A stretch of DNA of 64,000 bases, taken from positions 1,054,001 through 1,118,000 of the forward strand of contig NW_027362117.1 in assembly GCF_039654945.1 (NCBI RefSeq), written 5' to 3'. This stretch comes from Dendrobates tinctorius. Taxonomy: Eukaryota. The notes under the pieces were generated by a model that was not told the DNA's origin, searched no databases, and saw only the letters and a list, made by a program, of their open reading frames with translations. Positions 24,359-37,844 of the stretch are shown here, one piece after another (the first letter of the stretch is position 1; the number at the start of each line of letters is the position of its first letter). The translations under genes were made by a program, and so were the position numbers.

Positions 24359-25052
24359 TATAAAATAAATATATAATACTCTACCCAGATCGCCCCCTAG
24401 TGGCAGCCTTGGGCAGCCGCGTCTATGAGCGGAGGAATAGAGCTGTGTATTTAGAATGTAACGTGGCCGGGATTCATGAGGTTAATTCAGAAACGGTTCC
24501 AAATTATTTTTGCTTATTGATTCTTAGAATAGAAATTGTCGCAGGAGATCCGCTTTAAATGTTGCCTTTCAGTATCTGTATCCCCCTCCTCCAGCTTCTG
24601 CGGTGATAGGCCAGCTTGTGTTTTATGGTCTCAGCCAAATTACTCCAACCTCTCCTCTGTCTACATGGTCCTGGATATTATCAGTCAGTGACAACAGATC
24701 TACTGGATCCAGGCCTCCATATCTGATAGTGGATCACGTGGGGATCAGTTATGTCCTGTGCCCACAGATAACTCTCACACATCACATGGGGCTAGAAATG
24801 ACGAGTTCTCAGAGCGCCGTCTAGTGGAGAGCAGAGGGATAGCAGGGTCCAAAGTTCTGTCCTGAAGGTGTCAGATAAGTTACATTGTATCCCCTGATAA
24901 ACCCCTCACTATATACTGTCTATGATATATTCGCCTTCTGCTGTAGTGCGACATGCAGGGCTGGAGTATACGGCGGCTTCTGTGGTGACATAATACTTAC
25001 TATGAAGGCGACTGTATACGGGATGAAAGCATAAGATGTATTTTGCTATGTT

Positions 25053-25070
25053 AATAAAAAAATTAATAAA
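25053..25070 (+). terminator. Candidate ARHGDIB polyadenylation signals
   Basis: Two AATAAA (25053, 25065) about 1.07 kb after the stop codon. Confidence 0.5.
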
Positions 25071-25219
25071 AATCAGCGGCTCCTGGACCCTCATTAATAT
25101 CTCTCAGCTCAGATCAATTAAAACTGCCATATGGCTGAACTGAGAGGGAATATAGTCCGACCACTGAACAACGAGAAGTTCTGTAACTTTCTTATAGACG
25201 TTGTTAAACTTTATTTTAA

Positions 25220-25672
25220 AGAGAAGCTAAACTTTTTCTTCTCTTATTATCCTTCAAGTATTGCAGAGTTATAAATTTTTCATTTAATTGCCATATTTTG
25301 CTTCCTTCTCTCCCAATCGCCATACTGTGGGGCTGATTCAGGTTTCTTTAGAAGCTGCCTTCAGCTGCTGCTCAGCACGATCTGTTCACTGCAGGCCAAC
25401 AATCTGTACGGGACTTTCCTTCTTTCTGTATGGGAGCAGAGAGGCTCAGACAGGGGAAGTCCTGTACTCTAATTCTATGAATATAGTATATGGATTTTGC
25501 CGAGCAGCAGCTAAAAGCAGTTTTTAAAGGAGCTTTACATGGGCATTGACACAGCCCTGCAGCCTAGTGTTTGGGAGAGAAGAAAGTCACATAACATGAA
25601 CTATATTACAGAAATGCCAAACTTTACAATGCCTGGAAAATAATTAAAAAAAAAAAAGTTTAGTTACACTTC
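25220..25672. mobile_element. TTAA-type (T2/Kolobok-like) MITE, degenerate palindrome
   Basis: TTAA-AGAGAAGCTAAACTTTTTT ... AAAAAAGTTTAGTTACACT; several internal inverted blocks. Confidence 0.55.
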
Positions 25673-25811
25673 AATCATGGTCAAGATGTCTGCTTGCTGT
25701 CAGAGAGCAGAAAAGCTTCTTGTTTCGAGGCTTTCATCCTGTTCTGACCTAGTCCTGCGCTGCAGCTCGTTACAGAGTATCAGCGAGTCCTGCACTTGTA
25801 TCACATATATA

Positions 25812-25935
25812 CAGTGGGTGCGGAACGTATTCAGACCCTTTGCTGAGAGTTGTTCTGAAGCCACTCCTTTGTTATTTTAGCTGTGTGCTTAGGGTCATTG
25901 TCTTGTTGGAAGGTGAACCTTCAGCCAAGTCCGAG
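25812..25935 (-). mobile_element. Tc1/mariner remnant (TIR plus transposase fragment)
   Basis: TA-CAGTGGGTGCGGAACGTATTCAGACCC TIR-like end. Minus strand encodes RFTFQQDNDPKHTAKITKEWLQNN, the second Asp region of the DD34E motif. Confidence 0.8.
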
Positions 25936-26478
25936 AGCAGAGGTAGCAATAATGGCATGTATGGTGTGAGAGAACAGACATAGCCGTGACCGAGAGCAGA
26001 AAGCCACCAGCTAGGGATTATGGGGGTGACATACACAAAAGGGGCCCCTATGGGCCCTCTGCCGCACAATGGCCCTTCACAATACCCCCCTTATTGTGTC
26101 AGTGACAGAAGCGGCTCTGGGGAAGGTATTGGCCCCTGACTTCTTGGGACCCTGTGAGACTGCGCAGGTTGCACCCTTGGTATGTCCACCCCAGAGTATT
26201 ACCCACAAATTGTTTCTGTATCTGAGTGGCCCCTGGGGGCCCCTAGACGGAGTCTTGCTTTAGTTACACCCTTGAATATCAGCCTTCCCTCATATTCCTG
26301 GACATGGCGCCACCAGGAGGGACGAAATGAATGAACTTCATCCAAGGGCGAGTTACAGCTCCGCTGAGATGTCGATGTCTTATCGCTGGTGGCAGATGTG
26401 CGGTTCTCAGGCCTCCGAGCTTCACGCTTCCACTAATGAGTCATCACTCGAGCCCTGCAGAGCGGACGGACGGACACC

Positions 26479-29400
26479 ATGGCGCGACCCTCCTGCTGTA
26501 TCCAGACCTCGCTGCTTCTCCTCTTGGTGAACTTCTCTGTGGCGGCAGAACCGGGGAACAGCACGGACATCGAGGGTGAGTCCTGCGGGTACTATAGGTG
26601 GTCCCCAACTCCAGCCCTCAGGGCCCCCAAGGAATCATGTTCTCAGGAGAACAGTGGCCCCCAACTCCAGCCCTCATGAGTCACCAACAGGTCATGTTCT
26701 CAGGAGAGCAGTGGCACCCAACTCCAACCCTCAGGGCCCCCAATCCATCATGTTCTAAGGAGAGCAGTGGCCCCCAACTCCAGGCCTCAGGGCCCCAACA
26801 CTTCTTGTACTCAGGAAAGCAGTGGCCTCCAACTCCAGCTCTCACAGCCCCCCAACAGGTCATGTTCTCAGGAGAGCAGTGGCCCCCAACTCCAGCCCTC
26901 ATGGGCCATCAACAGGTCATGTTCTAAGGAGAGCAGTGGCCTCCAACTCCAGACCTCACTGCCCCCAACAGGTCATGTTCTCAGGAGAGCAGTGGCCCCC
27001 AACTTCAGCCCTCATGGCCCCCAACACATCATGTTCTAAGGAGAGCAGTGGCCTCCAACTCCAGCTCTCATAGCCCCCAACAGGTCATGTTCTCAGGAGA
27101 GCAGTGGCCCCCAACTCCAGCCCTCATGGGCCATCAACAGGTCATGTTCTAAGGAGAGCAGTGGCCTCCAACTCCAGACCTCACTGCCCCCAACAGGTCA
27201 TGTTCTCAGGAGAGCAGTGGCCCCCAACTTCAGCCCTCATGGCCCCCAACACATCATGTTCTAAGGAGAGCAGTGGCCTCCAACTCCAGCTCTCATAGCC
27301 CCCAACAGGTCATGTTCTCAGGAGAGCAGTGGCCCCCAACTCCAGCCCTCATGGGCCATCAACAGGTCATGTTCTAAGGAGAGCAGTGGCCTCCAACTCC
27401 AGACCTCACTGCCCCCAACAGGTCATGTTCTCAGGAGAGCAGTGGCCCCCAACTTCAGCCCTCATGGCCCCCAACACATCATGTTCTAAGGAGAGCAGTG
27501 GCCTCCAACTCCAGGCCTCACAGCCCCCAACAGGTCATGTTCTCAGGAGAGCAGTGGCCCCCAGCTCCAGCCCTCACGGCCCCCAACAAGTCATGTTCTC
27601 AGGAGAGAAGTGGCCTCCAACTCCAGGCCTCATGGCCACCAATGTTTCATGTTCTCAGGAGAGCAGTGGCCTCCAACTCCAGCCCCCAACACGCCATGTT
27701 CTCAGGAAAGCAGTGGCCTCCAACTCCAGCCCTCATAGCCCCCAACACGTCATGTTCTCAGGAGAGCAGTGGCCTCCAACTCCAGCCCTCAGGGCCCCCA
27801 ACACGTCATGTTCTCAGGAGAGCAGTGGCCTCCAACTCCAGCCCTCAGGGCCCCCAACACGTCATGTTCTCAGGGGAGCAGTGGCCTCCAACTACAGCCC
27901 TCAGGGCCCCCAACATGCCATGTTCTCAGGATTTCCTTAGTAACTCACAGGAGCCAATATCTGACACCTGATAATAATCCCATCGCTTGTAATGAGGGAA
28001 TCCTGAGAACTGATCTTCTGGGGCCCGGAGGACGGGAGCTCCAGGAATCAGCTGTGGAGGATGCGGTCATCAGGACTGGACCAGGCACCGTGCTTATAGT
28101 GGCACCTTTACCCCCAGACTGTGACTCCGCATCCAAAGCTTCTGGACTCCAGGAGCCTCATTTACCAACAGACTGAAAAACCCACATGTGAAGTATTCCC
28201 GCTCCATGTCATCCCTCCAATGACCCCTCATACCCCTCCCCTGGTCTCTCCACGTCTCATTCATCCCTCCTACACATCATCCATAGAAGCATTGGAGGCA
28301 TTTTTCCAAGTTGAGTTCCCAGGTTGGACTTTTCTGGCAGTTTTGGTTCTGGAATTGTTAAACCTAATGTAACCCCTGACATGCCTGGTGTACCAGTGTA
28401 AGGAGACTTATAGGCCTTGGGAGCATTGCATGGCCTACAAGTCTCCGTACATTAACATGTCAGGCATGTCACTCTCCATAAGGTGAACTGTTACCCTTAA
28501 ACCTTATTGCAAGGAGTCAAACGTATTCTATAAATCGGTTTATCCTTTACTGATTAGACTGGGAATTCAGAGGGGTATACTGGAAAATAATGGAATCTGT
28601 TTAATGCGGCTTTTGTACCCTCTGGGGTCTCTTATGACATTAATCACTATGTAATATAATAATAATGTAACAGTCGGGTGGAGGGATAAGTTGTAAGATG
28701 CTGTATACTTGCAGTCACCACTAGGGGGAGCTCATGGCAGGCTGATTGATGCTAGGATTGCTATTATTTCTAAATGTATACAATGTATTGTTCTGTAAAC
28801 AAACTACAAAAAGCAAAGAAATCATTTGTGAATAGGCTCTTAAGTAATCCCTCCGGACAGTGTCCTGTGTCGCCCGTCTCCCCAGACACTGCTGCTGGGT
28901 TGTAGTGAATGGCAGCCAGGTACGGACTGGGACTGAAATCCAGCCCTGGCATTTGAAATCACACAGGCCCATGTTATTCCCGTCCCCAAGCACCAGATGA
29001 AATTTATTACTAATTTTACCTTGGATGGGTGTCTTAAGAACACCAATTCTGTTAACAAGGTAGCAGCCAAAGCAGCCCATGACCAGACAGGCCCTTCTGG
29101 CATTTGCCAGAATTGCCAAATGGCCAGTCCGGCCCTGATGGCAGCTGTTCTGGTTCTCAGGCATATCTCGGAGGCATCAGGTGGGCGACACGATCAGTTC
29201 TGTAATTTCCCAGGTGGAAAACATAAATTAATATAATCACTCATCATTAAATCAAAGCAGAGGAGAAACCACAGGGAGAACGTCCAGGGGGCTCATTACT
29301 AAAATGTGTTACACCCCAAACACCAAAGATTTCCCTTTACGATTCAGAATCAAAAATCTCCAGAGGAGCCGAAGACCCCAGAGACTGAACCAGCAGCAAG

Positions 29401-32400
29401 AAACCCGAGACAGAGATAATAAAACTTTCCATCAGACACCAATTGTTTATATCCAGAGAGATAATTATCCCCTAGATGATATTATATCCAAAGAGTATAA
29501 AAAAGAAATAGAAAAGAAAAAGTGAAAATAACTTCTCATGTTCTATCATCAACATAATGTCCAGAGTAAAATTACATTACTTATCCTGTATTATCCTCCA
29601 GAGCTGCGCTCACTGTGTACATACATTACATTACTGATCCTGAGTTACCTCCTGTTAGTATTATAACCCAGAGCTGCACTCACTATTCTGCTGGTGCAGT
29701 CACTGTGTACATACATTACATTACTGATCCTGAGTTGCCTCCTGTATTATACCCCAGAGCTGCACTCACTATTCTGCTGGTGCAGTCACTGTGTACATAC
29801 ATTACATTACTGATCCTGAGTTACATCCTGTATTATACCCCAGAGCTGCACTCACTATTCTGCTGGTGCAGTCACTGTGTACATACATTACATTACTGAT
29901 CCTGAGTTACATCCTGTATTATACTCCAGAGCTGCACTCACTATTCTGCTGGTGCAGTCACTGTGTACATACATTGCATTACTGATCCTGAGTTACATCC
30001 TGTATTACACTCCAGAGCTGCACTCACTATTCTGCTGGTGCAGTCACTGTGTACAAACATTACATTACTGATCCTGAGTTACCTCCTGTATTATATCCCA
30101 GAGCTGCACTCATTATTCTGCTGGTGCAGTCACTGTGTACATACATTACATTACTGATCCTGAGTTACATCCTGTATTATACCCCAGAGCTGCACTCACT
30201 ATTCTGCTGGTGCAGTCACTGTGTACATACCTTACATTACTGATCCTGAGTTACATCCTGTATTATACCCCAGAGCTGCACTCACTATTCTGCTGGTGTA
30301 GTCACTGTGTACTGTACATACATTACATTACTGATCCTGAGTTACTTCCTGTATTATACTCCAGAGCTGCACTCACTATTCTGCTGGTGTACTCACTGTG
30401 TGCATACATTACATTACTGATCCTGAGTTACATCCTGTATTATACCCCAGAGCTGCACTCACTATTCTGCTGGTGTAGTCACTGTGTACTGTACATACAT
30501 TACATTACTGATCCTGAGTTACTTCCTGTATTATACTCCAGAGCTGCACTCACTATTCTGCTGGTGTACTCACTGTGTGCATACATTACATTACTGATCC
30601 TGAGTTACATCCTGTATTATACCCCAGAGCTGCACTCACTATTCTGCTGGTCCAGTCACTGTGTACATACAGTACTCATCCTGAGTTACATCCTGTATTA
30701 TACCCCAGAGCTGCACTCACTATTCTGCTGGTGTACTCACTGTGTGCATACATTACATTACTGATCCTGAGTTACATCCTGTATTATACTCCAGAGCTGC
30801 ACTCACTATTCTGCTGGTGCAGTCACTGTGTACATACATTACTGATCCTGAGTTACTTCCTGTATTATACTCCAGAGCTGCACTCACTATTCTGCTGGTG
30901 CAGTCACTGTGTACATACATTACTGATCCTGAGTTACATCCTGTATTATACTCCAGAGCTGCACTCACTATTCTGCTGGTGCAGTCACTGTGTGCATACA
31001 TTACATTACTGATCCTGAGTTACATCCTGTATTATACCCCAGAGCTGCACTCACTATTCTGCTGGTGTAGTCACTGTGTACTGTACATACATTACATTAC
31101 TGATCCTGAGTTACTTCCTGTATTATACCCCAGAGCTGCAGTCACTATTCTGCTGGTGCAGTCACTGTGTACATACAGTACTCATCCTGAGTTACATCCT
31201 GTATTATACCCCAGAGCTGCACTCACTACTCTGCTGGTGCAGTCACTGTGTACATACATTACATTACTGATCTTGAGTTACCTCCTGTATTATACTCCAG
31301 AGCTGCACTCACTATTCTGCTGGTGCAGTCACTGTGTACATACATTACTGATCCTGCGTTACATCCTGTATTATACCCCAGAGCTGCACTCACTATTCTG
31401 CTGGTGCAGTCACTGTGTACATACATTACATTACTGATCCTGAGTTACCTCCTGTATTATACTCCAGAGCTGCACTCACTATTCTGCTGGTGCAGTCACT
31501 GTGTACATACATTACATTACTGATCCTGAGTTACAGTACCTCCTGTATTATACCCCAGAGCTGCACTCACTATTCTGCTGGTGCAGTCACTGTGTACATA
31601 CAGTACTCATCCTGAGTTACATGCTGTATTATACTCCAGAGCTGCGCTCGCCCTTCCATTATTGTTGGAGCTCACACATCTCCGCATTCCCTGCTTGTTC
31701 AGGGTCTGCTCAGGTTTATCCTTTGGCTTCTTGTGTTCGGGATGATGATATTTTGGGGTTTTCTTACAATTTCTGTCCTTGTTTCCACTTTAGTTCCTGC
31801 GGGAGGCGCCATAGTATTGGGCGATGTTCCTTCTGCCAGAGCCTTCATTGATTCCTTGGAGATCGCGGTGGTCGGGTTTTTCGTGGTAAGTTGACTTTCC
31901 TGCTCAGTAAATGGACATTAGTGCGGATTCCTGTTATTTACATGGTTCTGCTCTTTTCGGACAGGACCCGGAGAAGCCTGAATTTGAGTATTTTAATACG
32001 ATTGCAAAAAATCATCCAGAATGGGATTACGGCATCACAACCAGCAAAGACGTCCTGAAGCACTACAAGATCCAGAGTAACGCCGTCTCCATATTCCGGC
32101 AGGTGATTGCTCCGCTCTATTTGGCATTTTGGTCTTTATAGTTCATTGTTCTGCTGACTTTCTGTCGGCTCTCAGCTCCTGCAGGTCTCCATGCTGCCCC
32201 CTGCTGGTTGAGCATATGTGCTGCACATGTCATTCCAAATGTCACTGGTTTCTTATAATCAGGATGCCCAACAAGAATGGAAGTAAATGGAATGTGCAAA
32301 ACAAAATTACATGACATTTTGTTAGGTAAATCAATATGAATATTTATAAGGGGAATTTGAGCAGAATAATATCCGGACAAATACAATCACAATATATACA

Positions 32401-35400
32401 AAGTACAGAGAATTCCAACTATTCAATATGCAAATTGCCTCTTCAGAAAGAAAGAGGACTTTTACTCTACAGCGCCACCTATTGGTAGTAGCGATCCTAC
32501 AAGTCACAATCAACCCTTTAACGAGTCTTGTAGTATGACTTAGGATACAAGCCAATTTGCATATTATTTTCCCAGAGGAGCATTGCACAGCGAATAAGTC
32601 TCCTTACCTTGACAAGCCACAGCTGGCATGTCACTCTCCGCAAGGAGAAACCTTACTTCTTAGAAACTATTCAATAGGAATTTATGGAAACAATCAGTGT
32701 AATATAACAGAGCCATCTAGTGGACAAATGAAGGTATGACCGAACTGCATAGTAAAAGCCCCAGGGTGTTCACACTGTATGTGCGTGAGGACAAACAGGT
32801 AGCAGCAAGGAATGAGACAAACTGAAAAAGGTGGAGATTAGTGATGAGCGAGTATCCTTGTTACTCAGGTTTTTCTGAGCATGCTCGGGTGTCCGCTGAG
32901 TATTTTGGCGTGCTCGGAGATTTAGTATTCGTCGTCTCATCTGCATGATTTGCGGCTGCTGGACAGCTTGAACACATGTGAGGAATGCCTGTTTGTTAGG
33001 GAAATCACAGGATTATTTTGCTGAATGCACATGATATTAATTAATAATAAAGCAAAAAGTGCAAAAGTGATCAAACAGCTTATTAACTAGCAAATATTGG
33101 ACACGTGCAAAGCTAAGGCACCTGCAACAGATGACACAGAAACCATACATGAATGCAGCTAAATAAAGTGCAAGTGCATGAAAAAAGCAGGTGCAAGAAG
33201 GAAGGTGAGCGAGGAAGTGCAACAACCAAGTAATGCTTCAGTCCCTAAGATATGTTCCATGAAGATGAAACAAAACAGTTGAAAAGGATCCTGTGTGAAT
33301 GTGCAGAACCGCAGGCGCAGGTTTCAGGCTGCAGCTTCGGCTGTGACCAGAGTGTAAAATGATGAATGGATTTTTTTTCCTTTTCTGATCACAGGCGGAT
33401 AATTTCCGGGACGATATGGTGTTGGAGTTGGTAGAAGAACTTACTCCTGCCAAACTTTACCGCTTCCTCACCATCAATGACCTGAGACTGGTCACAGACT
33501 ATAACCCCATGGTAAGAGATCGCTTCCTCCTGAAATCAGGAAGGCGCAGATGTAATATATCAGTAATATCAGGGTCTCTGCTTGCTGTCAGTGAAACATT
33601 CTCGTTTGCATCTAGAGGCTGGGAATCTGTACAGACCTCTTACTTTTCACAGCTGATCCTTTGTTGCAATGTATCCAGACAGCCTGGACATCAGACTAAT
33701 CATTCTCAGCTGCTCTGATACATTGTAACAAGCTGTTATTCTGCTGCCATGTGACTGCAGAGGATTGTTTAGACCAGATACAAGTTATCTGGACAGGTAT
33801 GATCTGCTGACGTCTTTATCTCACAGGGAATTGCTAGATTGGCTACGACTGTAACAAAACCTCAGCTGTGACACATATATGGGCAGGACAGGTCGTAAAT
33901 GTTGTTTGCAACCATTTTCGGAAAATTACATTTGGCTGGTTGAGCAAAACATAGACAAAGATTAAATAGGTAACACAAGGCTGCAGGATCAGACTACACC
34001 GGGTTTGTTTGCAGTCTGTTACCATGGAGACGCATAGGCCTGCATAGCAGCTGTAAACACAAAACAGTTCTTGATTTCTGACTATGCAGCGCTGGATCAA
34101 TAAGGGTTAAAAAGAAGACACAGTCTAAGCTGCAGGATGTAAATCTGGATATCTCCATTCACTGACAGCAAGTATAAATGATGAAGCAGACAGGAGCAGC
34201 GAGAGTCAGCAGAGGCGAGCGCTATAGGCGAGGAATAGCAGAGCGCTGAGCGCAGTGCCGGGTGTCTGGGCCTCCATGTAATCTGTGCCTCTCTCCTCAG
34301 ACGGCCATCGGACTGATCGCCTCCAAAGTCCAGGTCCATCTTATCTTCTTCACTCACAAGGATGTGAAAGAACAGGAAGAAATAATGAGGGAATTACGGG
34401 AAGCGGCAAGGGATCTCCGGGGGCAGGTCCGGCATAAGTGGGAGCACCGCACGGACATTCACAGCAAGAAGAGACGAGACCCCAAAATATGGATCCCATA
34501 ATCACTATCCTATACCAGACCCCATAACTCAGACTCCAATATTGAAACTGCTAATACATACCCCATTATTCAGACCAAACCCCATAATATAGACCCCAAT
34601 ATTCAGACTTGACCCCATAATATAGACCCCAATATTCAGACCAAACCCCATAATATAGACCTCAATATTCAGAACCGACCCCATGATATAGACCCCAATT
34701 TTCAGACCCGACCCCATGATATAGACCCCAATATTCAGACCTGACCTCATAATATAGACCCCAATATTCAGACCCATCCCCATGATATAGACCCCAATAT
34801 TCAGACCTGACCTCATAATATAGACCCCAATATTCAGACCCATCCCCATGATATAGACCCCAATATTCAGACCAGACCCCATAATATTGACCTTAATATT
34901 CAGACCCAATCCCATAAGATAGACCCCAATATTCAGATCAAACCCCATAATACTGACCCCAATATTCAGAAATGACCCCATAATATAGACCCCATTATTC
35001 AGACCAGACCCCATAATATTGACCTTAATATTCAGACCTGATCCCATAACATAGACCCCAATATTCAGACCAAACCCCATAATATAGACCCCAATATTCA
35101 GACCAGACCCCATAACACAGACCCTAATATTAAAACTGCTAATACATACCCTAATATTCAGACTCGACCCCCATAATATAGACCTTAATATTCAGACCCG
35201 ACCTCATAACATAGACCCCAATATTCAGGCCCGACCCCATAATATAGACCCCAATATTCAGACCTGACCCCATAATATAGACCCAATATTCAGACCCGAC
35301 CCCATAATATAGACCCCATAACTCAGACTACAATATTGAAACTGCTAATACATACCCCAATATTCAGACCAGACCCCATAATATAGACCCCAATATTCAG

Positions 35401-36602
35401 ACCTGACTCCATAATGCAGACCCCAATATTCAGACCCCATAATACAGACCCCAATAGTCAGATATCCATGGTCCCCATAATGCAGACCCCAATAGTCAGA
35501 CCCGACTCCATAATACAGACCCCAATATTCAGACCAGACTGCATACTATAGACCCGAGTGTTCAGATACCCATGGTCCCCATCACCCACCATATTATTCT
35601 GCTCTCACACCGCAGCAGACCCCAATATTCAGACCATACCCCATAATACAGATCCCAATATTCAGAAACGACCCCATAATATAGACCCCATTATTCAGAC
35701 CCCATAATACAGATCCCAATATTCAGAAACGACCCCATAATATAGACCCCATTATTCAGACCCCATAATACAGATCCCAATATTCAGAAACGACCCCATA
35801 ATATAGACCCCATTATTCAGACCCCATAATACAGATCCCAATATTCAAAAACGACCCCATAATATAGACCCCATTATTCAGACCCCATAATACAGATCCC
35901 AATATTCAGAAACGACCCCTTAGTATAGACCCCAATGTTCAGATACCCCTGGTCCCCATCGCCCACCATATCATTCCGCTCTCACACCGCAGACCCCGTA
36001 CCACACTTCCCATACAGACCACTCCATACTGACCGGACCCCAATATCAGACCCCATAACAGCGGATTCTTTTCCAGGTTCTGTTTGTGAAGATGGATGTG
36101 AGCACGAGGAACAATCAGAAGATCCTGTCGCGCTTCAAGCTGAAGAAGAGCGACCTCCCGCTCCTCTCCGTGTACGACACCGAGTCCAACCAGAAACGGG
36201 TCATGGCGCCCGGGGAGGTCACTGCCGCTGGGGTCAAGAAATTCTGCCTCGATTTCTTATCCGGTGTGAGGGTGAGTGGTCACTGAGAAAACCAGGGGTC
36301 TGTAGACTACGGGGGTCACCACAAGCCTTCGAGGGGAGCTCGTCCCAGTGCGGATTATGTCATTCATGATAAAGGCCCACAAAGCTGTCAATCAAAGGAC
36401 TATACGTATGCCCCGCCCACTGGACTCCAGTGGCACATGGTGCAGTCCGGGCATCAGTTATGTCATGTGACTGATGGGAGGGGTCTTTGCTCATTTTTTT
36501 TTAATGTTTTTTCATGTTTTCTACATTTTCACTAAATATTTACATCAAAATTTGATTCTTTTCTAGGAGGAAGAATCAGAAAATGTGAAGACAGAATTAT
36601 AA
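26479..36602 (+). CDS. ERP27: Endoplasmic reticulum resident protein 27 (non-catalytic PDI family), 266 aa
   Basis: Exons 26479-26575, 31794-31885, 31965-32102, 33395-33511, 34301-34426, 36077-36271, 36567-36602 (801 nt, phases consistent). Signal peptide, LGDVPSARAFID..IAVVGFF, VLKHYKI, LVTDYNPM, QVHLIFF, FKLKKSDLP, VKKFCLDFLSG, C-terminal KTEL, no CxxC; lies between ARHGDIB and MGP. Confidence 0.94.
26595..27930 (+). repeat. About 56-bp minisatellite in ERP27 intron 1
   Basis: Unit like CATGTTCTCAGGAGAGCAGTGGCCCCCAACTCCAGCCCTCATGGCCCCCAACAGGT, with about 225-bp higher-order repeats. Confidence 0.93.
28917..29137. mobile_element. hAT-type MITE
   Basis: TIR CAGGTACGGACTGG / CCAGTCCGGCCCTG; perfect 8-bp TSD ATGGCAGC (28909-28916, 29138-29145). 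Confidence 0.88.
29575..31650 (+). repeat. 86-bp satellite, about 24 copies, in ERP27 intron 1
   Basis: Same unit as 22825-23372. Confidence 0.95.
34490..36060 (+). repeat. About 33-bp minisatellite in ERP27 intron 5
   Basis: Unit like CCCATAATATAGACCCCAATATTCAGACCAGAC, with about 61-bp higher-order copies near 35640-35930. Confidence 0.92.
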
Positions 36603-37844
36603 CATTTAGAAGTTTGTTACTTTTCTGGAAATCTTTTTTTTTTCTTGTTCTTACAATTTTTAATTAAATCTTTTATTTACTGAGAAATTGTCATTAACCC
36701 CTGAGGTCCTGTGCGGAGTTAGGCGTCCTGCAGTTCCTGGAGTGAACACTAGAGGGTGTATGGCCTCAGAAGGAGGGAGGCCATTTCTCCATTATTGGGG
36801 CGCTGCTTCTTTAAGGGGCAGGTGCGGGTTGGAATGAGTCAATCTACCTTAATTGTAACATTTTCCTCAGTTTGTTACAAACTTTTTTTTTTTAATTTTA
36901 GTCTTTTGTTATGCAGATTTCAATATGTCATTGCCCCAAATTAGGATATTAAAGCCCTGCCCCTCGGACCGTCCTGCAAGGCCCGGCACCTCCTACTTTG
37001 GGGTGATTGTCAGCCGCCTCCTTTCCTGCTATTGCTGTGTCAGTCTTTACTGTTGCATTATCATTCTATTCCTGACACACGGCCGTGATGTAGGACCCTG
37101 CCCAGATGTAGCAGAGCCGCGCGGCTTGGCACTGGTGCCGGGTCAGTGATGTATACTCAGAGATCGTGTCGGGTGAGCGGGTCGCGGGTTCACAGCGGGG
37201 TATTTGTGGACAATGGCGCTGTGTCCGCTCGGCCTATTAATATTCAGTGTGGAAATATCGGTGACCACAGACAAGTCGCCATCCCGCAGGCCGATCGGTT
37301 ATTTTCGGAGCCGTCTCGCTTCGCCCTGTCGACTCCTCACCTGGAGCAGGTAACAATTATACCCCACTTAGTCTATCGGGGCCGCATTAACCAGCGAGGT
37401 CCACCACAGCGTCGCTCAGGGGACATGTGACCCACAGATGTCACCTGCAGGGTCATTTACCCCGAAGACCTCGGACCCCACTAATATGACAGTGTGGCTC
37501 TGACCAACAGCTCATCCAGAATAGACTTCTTGCATCAATTCTTCGCCATTTGTGAGGGTCTGCTTGCTGTCAGTGAATGAAAACCTTTATACCCAGATAC
37601 TAAGAATGTATCGGTGTGATGGCAAATCATAGAAATGTGTCAGGAAGAACAAAATCAGGAACAATGGTGCAAGTCATGAAAAGCTTTAAAGGGATCCTGT
37701 CAACAGGTGTCTCCTCCGTACCCAAAATTTCTGGCGCTGTTGCCTGACGTCATCCCCACGACTGGTTCTACTCTCGCACCTGCACAGTAGGGAACAAGAC
37801 CTGCGCAGGAACAGGCAGAATGGACCCCTCATGTCAGGAGAGAC

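Noticed and set aside
32838-33240. Complete transposon starting TAGTGATGAGCG in ERP27 intron 3
   Set aside because: Only one end is recognisable; no matching terminus or TSD was found.
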